Assembly: GCA_950072105.1 (NCBI GenBank)
Contig: CATMOE010000067.1
Span: forward strand, 1-17,418
DNA from: an uncultured Dehalococcoidia bacterium
GTDB taxonomy: Bacteria; Chloroflexota; Dehalococcoidia; Lucifugimonadales; UBA3495
DNA length: 17,418 bases
Reading direction: 5' to 3'
Both the position numbers and the translations under genes were made by a program. Positions 7,386 to 14,429 of the stretch are shown piece by piece. Numbering within the stretch: the stretch's first letter is position 1; every line of letters begins with the position of its first letter. Below the pieces are notes generated by a model. It was not told the origin of the DNA and searched no databases. It saw only the letters and a list, made by a program, of their open reading frames with translations.

Positions 7386-8012
7386 ATGAGGAATCTAATA
7401 AAAAGACCGTTAGGTAGAGCGGCTGAGTTGCAAGCCAACCAGAAAGGAATCACCGGTCTTGAAACGGCCATAGAACTCATCGCTTTCGTCGTGGTTGCCT
7501 CGGTTTTCGCTTTCGCCGTCCTCAGTACGGGACTGCTCAGCTCGGAAAAGAGCAAAGAAACCGTGTTGGGAGGCTTGGAGGAAACTTCGTCGACCATTAG
7601 CGTAAGGGGCTCGGTCATTGGCGACTCCAACAGCGCCAAGACCTTCATTGATACCGTTAAGTTCACACTGAGCAGCGCCGCCCAAGCGTCGGACGCGGTG
7701 GACCTCTCCACCACCGGTGTGGTGGTAACCTACCTGGATGACAACCAGGCAATCAACTGCGAGAACCCCCAGAGTTTCGACGGGGATGCTGACACCGCCG
7801 AGTGTTCATGGGCCACCAGCTGGGTTATCGGCTCCGGTGACTTGGTGGACCCGGGTGAGCAGGTAGACATGACCATTACGCTGACTAACCTAAGCCCCTT
7901 GCTCCCCAAGAGCAGAGAATTCACCATTCAAGTCAAACCCAACAAGGGAGCGGTAGTCATCGTGAACCGGACTACCCCGCCCGAGTTGAAAGCCATCATG
8001 GAGCTGAATTAG
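7386..8012 (+). CDS. arlB: Archaellin (archaeal flagellin, ArlB/FlaB family) copy 2, 208 aa
   Basis: NQKG|ITGLETAIELIAFVVVASVFAFAVLSTG class III signal and hydrophobic helix, then GDLVDPGE and EFTIQVKPNKGA. ATG 7386 follows SD-like GAGGT, so it is preferred to the GTG at 7353. Confidence 0.9.
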   Translation: MRNLIKRPLGRAAELQANQKGITGLETAIELIAFVVVASVFAFAVLSTGLLSSEKSKETVLGGLEETSSTISVRGSVIGDSNSAKTFIDTVKFTLSSAAQASDAVDLSTTGVVVTYLDDNQAINCENPQSFDGDADTAECSWATSWVIGSGDLVDPGEQVDMTITLTNLSPLLPKSREFTIQVKPNKGAVVIVNRTTPPELKAIMELN

Positions 8013-8042
8013 ACAGATTCCTCAGGAAACTGTTTCCGAACC

Positions 8043-8085
8043 AGGCGCCGGCCCGTTTTGGATGGGCCGGCGCCTCTTTTGTTTG
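8043..8085 (+). terminator. Rho-independent terminator after the archaellin pair
   Basis: 12-bp perfect stem AGGCGCCGGCCC (8043-8054) / GGGCCGGCGCCT (8064-8075), followed by CTTTTGTTTG. Confidence 0.85.
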
Positions 8086-8107
8086 CTTGCCGTAATTGGG
8101 AGAACAC

Positions 8108-8113
8108 TATACT
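8108..8113 (+). promoter_or_regulatory. Candidate -10 box for the SDR gene
   Basis: TATACT between the terminator and the SD (AGGAG, 8140-8144). TTG-initiated hexamers lie at 15 and 19 nt spacing, neither optimal. Confidence 0.35.
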
Positions 8114-8150
8114 CTGAGCTTTCTATCAGCCCATATCCTAGGAGATAGCG

Positions 8151-8900
8151 ATGAGTATGGAAGGATTGGTGGCGGTGGTCACCGGCAGCAGCCGGGGCAT
8201 CGGCAAGGGTATAGCAAATATATTTGGTGAGCAAGGCGCCCGAGTGGCGGTGGTGGCCCGCAGTGAAGAGGAAGGGGGCAGGCTCCCCGGCAACATCCAT
8301 CTCACCGTAAAGGAAATACAAGACGCCGGAGGCCAGGCAATGGCTTTCCGTTGTGACGTGACCGACGAGGAGCAGGTCGAGGCGCTGGCGGCCGCGGTGG
8401 TGGAAGCCTACGGGCGTATCGACGTACTGGTGAACAACGCTGGGGTTCAGGTAAATGTCGGCCTTTTGGATCTTCAAACACGCCATTGGGACCTGACCAT
8501 GCGGGTGAACCTGAGGGGTCCTTTCCTATGCTGCAAGTATCTGGCCCCCATCATGGTTCAGCAGAGCAGCGGAAGTATCATCAACATCACATCCGGGGCG
8601 GCTGAGAGGGTCCGGCCCAACGGCATAAGCTACTCCGTAACCAAGGCAGGCCTGAACATGATGACCCTTGGTTTGGCCCAAGAATTGGAGGAGCACGACA
8701 TAGCGGTCAACGCCCTGAATCCAGGCGGGATCAAGACCGAGGGCGCCGTGCTGGTGCGTCCAGCCGATTTCGATTGGACCGGGTGGGAATCGCCGGAAGT
8801 TGTTGGAGAGGCATCGGCCTGGTTGGCCATCCAGAACGCCAAGACTTTCACCGGACGTGTGGTGGACCGGGCTGAATTCGGCAAGACCTGGGGCGTCTAA
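8151..8900 (+). CDS. Short-chain dehydrogenase/reductase (classical SDR)
   Basis: TGSSRGIG nucleotide-binding motif, VNNAG, catalytic YSVTK and VNALNPG. SD AGGAG. Confidence 0.93.
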   Translation: MSMEGLVAVVTGSSRGIGKGIANIFGEQGARVAVVARSEEEGGRLPGNIHLTVKEIQDAGGQAMAFRCDVTDEEQVEALAAAVVEAYGRIDVLVNNAGVQVNVGLLDLQTRHWDLTMRVNLRGPFLCCKYLAPIMVQQSSGSIINITSGAAERVRPNGISYSVTKAGLNMMTLGLAQELEEHDIAVNALNPGGIKTEGAVLVRPADFDWTGWESPEVVGEASAWLAIQNAKTFTGRVVDRAEFGKTWGV

Positions 8901-8911
8901 GCCGGGGATCT

Positions 8912-8931
8912 AAAAGAAAAGCCGAATGGCC
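8912..8931 (-). terminator. Possible weak terminator for the acyl-CoA dehydrogenase operon
   Basis: The minus strand reads GGCC-ATTC-GGCT then TTTCTTTT immediately after the stop of the 8933-9637 gene. The stem is very short. Confidence 0.3.
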
Positions 8932-8932
8932 G

Positions 8933-9637
8933 CTACCACCACCGTTCCGCTCTGATCATCGAAGCTTCGACTCCCAGATTGCTCACCAGGACTGAAAGAT
9001 CGTCTTGGAACGAGGGGGGGCCGCAAACGTAGTACAGGCTGTCCTGCGTCGGAGCGTGCTCCCGGAGCAACTCCAGGTCTATCCTGCCCACTCGCCCGTC
9101 CCAAGCTCCCCCCTGGGGGCGGGATACGGTGAAAGCGCAGCGTATCCCGGTATTGCGGTCTGCGATGGCTTGGATCTCTTCCCGGAAAAGGAGTTCCGAG
9201 GGCTGGCTGGCGCTGTAGATCAGTTCGACCGGATTTTCCAGACGGGATTGGTCCACGTAGCGCAATATGCTGATCAATGGGGTGATGCCTATACCCCCGG
9301 CAATCAGCACTAATGGGCCTTGCCATTCCGGTTCGAAATGGAATCCCCCGGAACCTCCGCGCAGCTCGACCTCATCTCCTACTTTGGCGTGATCGTGAAG
9401 GTAGGCTGCCACCCGGCCTTGGGGTAATCTCTTGATCGCAAGTTCGATGATTCCTTGCTGCAAGGGCGTCGAGATTATGGAATAACCTCCCACCTGTACC
9501 GAGAGGCCCGTGTCGACGTACAGGTCCACCCATTGCCCCGGCAAGAAATCAAGTTCTACTCCCCCCAGGTCGAATCCAAAGACCTTTACGGTGGGAGAGA
9601 TCTGCTGAATGCTTGTTATGGTGGTGACGCCTTCCAT
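8933..9637 (-). CDS. FAD/NAD(P)-binding oxidoreductase, ferredoxin-NADP reductase superfamily (OXNAD1-like)
   Basis: FLPGQWVD, VGGYSIIS, LIAGGIGITP, YVCGPP and C-terminal ERWW. No [2Fe-2S] domain. Confidence 0.88.
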   Translation of the reverse strand: MEGVTTITSIQQISPTVKVFGFDLGGVELDFLPGQWVDLYVDTGLSVQVGGYSIISTPLQQGIIELAIKRLPQGRVAAYLHDHAKVGDEVELRGGSGGFHFEPEWQGPLVLIAGGIGITPLISILRYVDQSRLENPVELIYSASQPSELLFREEIQAIADRNTGIRCAFTVSRPQGGAWDGRVGRIDLELLREHAPTQDSLYYVCGPPSFQDDLSVLVSNLGVEASMIRAERWW

Positions 9638-9671
9638 TGTCTGGCTCCCTACCGAGTTGGAGAGTGTAGAT

Positions 9672-10808
9672 CTAGACCGCTAGGAGCTTGGCCATGCGGG
9701 CCTTGTGGTAGATAGCGTCCCCAAGGTAATGTTGCAGTGTCCGCGCCCGCTTGGTGTATTGGGTGAGGCCGAACTCCAGGTCTGTGCCGATGCCTGCATG
9801 AACGTGGTGAGAAGCTTCACATGCGCTGGGGAACCCGGTGCTAGCCACTGCTTTGGCCATTGAGATGGACAGCGATGCCCCTGGATCATCTTGATCCAGT
9901 TTCCATAGGGCCTCATAAGCGGACCATTTTGCGGCATCCGCTTCATTCAATGCGTCGATGACGTGGTCCTGGACCCGCTGGAAAGTACCGATGGGCACGC
10001 CGAAAGCGATGCGGGTTTGGCTGTAATCCCGGGCCATCTCGAATACTTTTTGGGTCCCACCGGCCATATAGGCGCACAGTAAGGCGGTGCCTCGGTCCAA
10101 CGAAGTGGCAATGGCCGGCCAGGCGCCGTCCACCGGACCCAAGACATTGGATTCGGACACTGACACATTGGCAAAGTTGACCTCGCAGACCTTGGGACCG
10201 ATCCAACCGGTTTGAACCCGCACCGAGACCCCTGGCGCGTCCTTATCAACTATGAAGATGGAAATGCCATGTTCGGGGTCCGCTCCGGCGGTGGTTCGGG
10301 CCACCACCAGCAGCCGGTCGGCCACGTTGGCGTCGGGAATGAACAGCTTGTCGCCTTCCAGGGTGAAAGAGCCGTTGTGGCGGGTGGCTTGGAGATGGAC
10401 CGTGTCAGCGCCCCAACCGTACTCAGGCTCGGTCAAGGCTAGAGAGAATATCTGCTGGCCCGACGCGATCGGTGGCAGAAGTGCCTGTTTCTGCTCTTGA
10501 TTTCCCGCCTCGAGAATCACTTGGGAACACAGAACAGCCGACGAGAGGTGGGGGCTAGAGCAGGCGTAGTAGCCCATCATCTCGTAGATCACGCCCAGGT
10601 CGGTGAAGGAATTGCCCGATCCGCCGTACTCTTCCGGCACGGCCATCCCGGACCAGCCGATACCGCACATTTTTTCCCACAGATCTACGGCGAATCCCGA
10701 CGGACTGTCGTCGATCTCCAAAACCCGCGACTTTGGCATCTCCGCTTCCATGAACTCACGGGCAGAGTTCTGGAGCATGGTTTGGACTTCATTCAGGGCT
10801 AGGTCCAT
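9672..10808 (-). CDS. Acyl-CoA dehydrogenase family protein, beta-subunit (FadE27/ChsE5-like) type
   Basis: PEEYGG, SLALTEP, GDKLFI, RIAFGVPIGTFQRVQ and HHVHAGIG. The short C-terminus (LQHYLG) resembles beta chains of heteromeric ACADs. SD AGGAG. Confidence 0.88.
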   Translation of the reverse strand: MDLALNEVQTMLQNSAREFMEAEMPKSRVLEIDDSPSGFAVDLWEKMCGIGWSGMAVPEEYGGSGNSFTDLGVIYEMMGYYACSSPHLSSAVLCSQVILEAGNQEQKQALLPPIASGQQIFSLALTEPEYGWGADTVHLQATRHNGSFTLEGDKLFIPDANVADRLLVVARTTAGADPEHGISIFIVDKDAPGVSVRVQTGWIGPKVCEVNFANVSVSESNVLGPVDGAWPAIATSLDRGTALLCAYMAGGTQKVFEMARDYSQTRIAFGVPIGTFQRVQDHVIDALNEADAAKWSAYEALWKLDQDDPGASLSISMAKAVASTGFPSACEASHHVHAGIGTDLEFGLTQYTKRARTLQHYLGDAIYHKARMAKLLAV

Positions 10809-10885
10809 GACGGTCTCCTGATGATATTTTGCGTTCTTTGGCTTCCTAGGGAACGGCCGATTTTCTCTACAGGCTATAGGCTGGA

Positions 10886-12082
10886 TTAACCGGCCGAACT
10901 CCCAACTCTTTCTGGTTCCTGGCTAGCCAACCCCAGCGCGCGGGCTATAATCTTCGAGTCGCTTCCGGAGGCGCTACTATTAGTTAAGGCGAGTCTTTGT
11001 TGCAACTCGAAGTTTCCGTTATTGGGCGCTCTGGGGTCCCGATGGTCCAACAGGGCGTAGACGCCCAGGACTTCCCGCGTGATCTCGGACAGACGGAGCG
11101 CCGAGCGCTGTTCCCAGAGTCGGGTCTGGGCGGCGTGATAAGTTAGGGCTGTTCCCGTTGACCTCATCCAGGTATCCCGCATCCGGAACAGCCGTTGGAT
11201 GCCTCTGTTGATGTAGGCTTCCATAAGCAGTTGTTGGCGGACCGGCTCGGCGGCTATGGAGACGCCTTGGACCGTGGTTGTCCTGGCGTAATCCAACAGG
11301 TCGTCCAGCGGCTGGTCTTGAACCGATGTGTAGGCCGTCGCGAATGGGATAGGGAAAGTGGACTGGGCAAGGTCCCATCCGTCTTTTTCTTGACCCAGCA
11401 GACAGTGGGGCGGCACACGAACCTGGTCGAAACATATCCGATGGGCCGGGTCCGGTGACATCCGCCGAACAGGATGGATGGAAATGCCGTCCAGATTCGG
11501 AGGAATCAGAAACGCGCTGAATGCTTGCTCAGGATCACCTTCAGGGTCATGGACCGCCAAGGTCCACAGGTATCCGGGAGCTGGGTCACGTCCCTGAAAA
11601 ATGCCCTCGCCGTCTAGAATCCGATCGTCGGCGTCTCGGGTTACTTGGATCCCCCAATCGCCGGGGTCCAAATCATCTATGGAGTCAATCTGGGACCGCC
11701 AACAACCTATCCGGCCGTTCGCAATGGCGTTTGCCCAAGATTCCCGGTCGCCCTGGGCGTCACATCGTGCGATGGCTCGTAACGCACCGGCAGTCTCTTC
11801 CAAGAGCCATCCTAGCCCCCTGGCGTCCAGTTCCTCAAAAAGGACAGTCGCATCGGCGGGGTCCAATCCCTTTCCGACCCGCTCCATCGGCTCCTGGGAG
11901 GCTAGCCAGCCTTTGGCGCCCAACTTTTCACGGAGGGCGGCGCACACTCCCCAACTAGTCTGGTCCAGCACCGGTTGGCCGGAGGAGTCTTGCACCTCAT
12001 GGGGCAGATTGGCTTTCAGCCAGGACTGGACCTCGCCCCGAAAACGTTGCTGCCCATCGGTGTATTTATAGGTAAAGTCCAC
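10886..12082 (-). CDS. Degenerate acyl-CoA dehydrogenase paralogue, probably non-catalytic
   Basis: Colinear with the 12957-14180 protein (MDFTYKYT, KGWL, FDQVRVP, LTYH, DPRAP, IIARALG), but it lacks EPxxGSD, GxKxFI, LxxE(R/H) and GGTxE. GTG start follows GAGG. Confidence 0.8.
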   Translation of the reverse strand: MDFTYKYTDGQQRFRGEVQSWLKANLPHEVQDSSGQPVLDQTSWGVCAALREKLGAKGWLASQEPMERVGKGLDPADATVLFEELDARGLGWLLEETAGALRAIARCDAQGDRESWANAIANGRIGCWRSQIDSIDDLDPGDWGIQVTRDADDRILDGEGIFQGRDPAPGYLWTLAVHDPEGDPEQAFSAFLIPPNLDGISIHPVRRMSPDPAHRICFDQVRVPPHCLLGQEKDGWDLAQSTFPIPFATAYTSVQDQPLDDLLDYARTTTVQGVSIAAEPVRQQLLMEAYINRGIQRLFRMRDTWMRSTGTALTYHAAQTRLWEQRSALRLSEITREVLGVYALLDHRDPRAPNNGNFELQQRLALTNSSASGSDSKIIARALGLASQEPERVGSSAG

Positions 12083-12091
12083 CGGTAATCC

Positions 12092-12925
12092 TCAGCGCTC
12101 CTGCCCGCCCTCTTGGCGGAGGTACTCATGGATGCTTTCCACCGTTCCATCTTCCGAAGGCCGGTGGGCAGCGCCGCCTCGCTCTTCTTCCAGTATGGAC
12201 TGGGCGATCTCCCAACCCTGGTAGGGCAGGCCGACCAGGCAGTTGCCGGAGACACGGACCCCGTCTAGGACGACTTTTCGCTCGCTGCCCGTCAACAGCC
12301 GCTGGGTGGTTATCGTGATTCCCGGGGAGTTGGCATCCACCATGAACAAGCCAAGGTTCAACCGCCCCGGGCGGTCGGGGTTGGTCACCACCAGCGTCCA
12401 CAGATAGTCCGGGTCGAAGCGGCCGGTGATGAACGATTTCTGGCCGTTGATCAGAAAATCTTCCCCGTCGGCGACGGCCTGGGTCTGGATCGATGCCAAG
12501 TCGGAGCCGCTGTTGGGCTCATTGAACGCTTGCCAGGTGATCGTTTCACCCCGCAATGCCGGAAGGACGTATCGCTGTTTCTGGTCTTCGGTGCCCCAGA
12601 CCATAACGGCCGGGATCCAGCGGCTGTTGTCGCCCATGGCCGGCAAGCCGAGGGTTTGTATCTCTTCCTGTATAACCTCGGCCAGGGCGGGATTTAGCCC
12701 ACCGCCGCCGTATTGTTTGGGCCACGTAGGGGCGAGCCAGCCTTGAGAACCCAATGCCCGTCTGAAATCTTTTACGCGGGTTTGGGTCTCCGGTTGGAGA
12801 GGGCTGCCGTCGGGCGGGATGCGCAAGTCACCGGGGGAGTGTTGCAGCAGCCAATCCCGGACCACGATCCGAAAGTCTTGCTGAGATTGGGTATAAGGTC
12901 TTTCGAATTGAATGGTCCACCTCAC
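12092..12925 (-). CDS. C-terminally truncated acyl-CoA dehydrogenase (N-terminal and middle domains only); the true start may be ATT at 12913
   Basis: WPKQYGGGG, AFNEPNSGSDLAS, NGQKSFIT and ILEEERGG are intact. The protein ends about 25 aa later, and the next gene starts 9 nt after the stop. Confidence 0.8.
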   Translation of the reverse strand: MRWTIQFERPYTQSQQDFRIVVRDWLLQHSPGDLRIPPDGSPLQPETQTRVKDFRRALGSQGWLAPTWPKQYGGGGLNPALAEVIQEEIQTLGLPAMGDNSRWIPAVMVWGTEDQKQRYVLPALRGETITWQAFNEPNSGSDLASIQTQAVADGEDFLINGQKSFITGRFDPDYLWTLVVTNPDRPGRLNLGLFMVDANSPGITITTQRLLTGSERKVVLDGVRVSGNCLVGLPYQGWEIAQSILEEERGGAAHRPSEDGTVESIHEYLRQEGGQER

Positions 12926-12956
12926 GCGGCGCCGGACTGATTCAGGTCTTCGGTGT

Positions 12957-14180
12957 TTAGACGCCCTGAACGCCGGATGTGGATGGCGTGGCGGCGGCCC
13001 GCTCTCTGGTGCGGCTGATGCCCAAACGCCGGCTGATGATGAGTTTCTGAACTTCCAGCGTGCCGCCGGGATGGGCGCCGGTCAAGCTGCTGCGCTGATA
13101 GACCTCGGGCTGTCCCCCGAAGGGCGCCCGAGGGTCGCCGACGCCTAACAATGAGTACATGTTCATAATGTCCCTGGTCCGGTCCGCATTTCTGATACGG
13201 AAAGTCTTGCGGAACAGGTCGCTCTGGGACCCGTGGTAGGTCATTTCCTGGCGAGCCTGGTACATCCAGTAGTTACGCTGGGCGAAGAGGGTGTTGATAC
13301 GCGAGTCGATGTAAGCGTCCGCCGCCAGTTGCTGTAGCACAGGGTCGTTTCCCACCGGCTCTCCGTTGCGCTGGATCTCCTTGGTGTACTTCAGCAGGTT
13401 TTCCAGGGCTTCGTCGATGGGAAGGGCGATGCCCCGTCCCCCGTGCTCAATCTCCAGGGTGGTTTGAGTGACTTGCCAACCTTCCAACTCACCGCCGATC
13501 AAACAGTCTCCGGGAACTCGAACGTTATCCATGAAGATAAAGCTCTGGTCGTGCCCGGTAAGCAGGTTCAACCGGGTTAGCTCCAATCCCGGCGACGGGC
13601 AGGGGATGAGGAAGTACCCCAGGTTGCGATGCCTAGGGGCGTCGGTGTCAGTGACGATGGGGCCAAATAGGTAGTCCGGGTCTCCGTGGCCGCTGATAAA
13701 GGTCTTCTGCCCCGATATTATCCAGTCGTCGCCGTCGCGCACCGCCCGGCTCTGAAGCGAGGCCAGGTCTGAGCCGGCATTGGGCTCGGTAAAGTTCTGG
13801 AAGGCCACTTTCTCCGCTTTCAGTATGGGAGCAAGGTACTTCTGCTTCTGCTCTTCGGTGGCCCAGACCAACATAGTGGGAAAGATATACCGGTTGGTGA
13901 AGTCGGGGACTACCCTGAAGCGCTCGAACTCTTCTTGGATAATGGTCTCGTGTTCTCCTGAGAGTCCGCCGCCGCCGTACTCTTTGGGATAGGTGGGGTA
14001 CAGCCAGCCCTTCTCCGCTATCTTCTGATGGGTCTCTCGCCAGAACCGGTGGTGCTCTTCGGTCAGGTCAAGCCGGTCGACCGGCGCCTTCATCGCAACG
14101 GGAACGTTCTCTTCCAGCCAGGAGCGGACTTCTTCGCGGAAGTCTTCCTGTTCCTGAGTGTACTGATATTTGAAGTCCAT
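12957..14180 (-). CDS. Acyl-CoA dehydrogenase, alpha-subunit (FadE26/ChsE4-like) type, 407 aa
   Basis: YPKEYGGGG, FTEPNAGSDLASL, GQKTFIS, TLEIEHG and GGTLEVQK. ATG 14180 (MDFKYQY) has SD AGAGGGG and lies downstream of the promoter, so the TTG at 14309 is not the likely start. Confidence 0.92.
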   Translation of the reverse strand: MDFKYQYTQEQEDFREEVRSWLEENVPVAMKAPVDRLDLTEEHHRFWRETHQKIAEKGWLYPTYPKEYGGGGLSGEHETIIQEEFERFRVVPDFTNRYIFPTMLVWATEEQKQKYLAPILKAEKVAFQNFTEPNAGSDLASLQSRAVRDGDDWIISGQKTFISGHGDPDYLFGPIVTDTDAPRHRNLGYFLIPCPSPGLELTRLNLLTGHDQSFIFMDNVRVPGDCLIGGELEGWQVTQTTLEIEHGGRGIALPIDEALENLLKYTKEIQRNGEPVGNDPVLQQLAADAYIDSRINTLFAQRNYWMYQARQEMTYHGSQSDLFRKTFRIRNADRTRDIMNMYSLLGVGDPRAPFGGQPEVYQRSSLTGAHPGGTLEVQKLIISRRLGISRTRERAAATPSTSGVQGV

Positions 14181-14259
14181 GAACCCCTCTTTGGATGTAG
14201 ACCGGAGTGCCAGACTACCCGGAATTTCCCCAACCCCGAACACCAGATCGGACGGCGAA

Positions 14260-14288
14260 AATATATCCGGTACGCATTTCTTTGTCAA
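14260..14288 (-). promoter_or_regulatory. Near-consensus sigma70 promoter for the acyl-CoA dehydrogenase operon
   Basis: TTGACA (14288-14283), a 17-nt spacer and TATATT (14265-14260), located between an upstream terminator and the ATG at 14180. Confidence 0.8.
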
Positions 14289-14309
14289 CAGCGACCGAGT
14301 GTGGAACAA

Positions 14310-14318
14310 ATGATAGCA
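14310..14318 (-). promoter_or_regulatory. Possible second, extended -10 promoter for the same operon
   Basis: TGcTATCAT on the minus strand, with no good -35. Confidence 0.35.
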
Positions 14319-14368
14319 CAGCAGGGGTTTTTACGTGGTCTCAATCTTGGGCCATAACATCCAATCTT

Positions 14369-14403
14369 AAAAAAACCGGAGCCCAATTCCAGGGCTCCGG
14401 TTT
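14369..14403 (-). terminator. Rho-independent terminator after the NHL-repeat gene
   Basis: Inverted repeat AAACCGGAGCCC (14373-14384) / GGGCTCCGGTTT (14392-14403) with a 7-nt loop. The GC stem is followed by 7 T on the minus strand. Confidence 0.88.
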
Positions 14404-14429
14404 AGAACGCTGATGGGTCCAGGCGCTGG

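Noticed and set aside
14181..14309. 43-aa N-terminal extension of the first acyl-CoA dehydrogenase
   Set aside because: It spans the TTGACA-17-TATATT promoter, and the paralogues begin at the MDF position.
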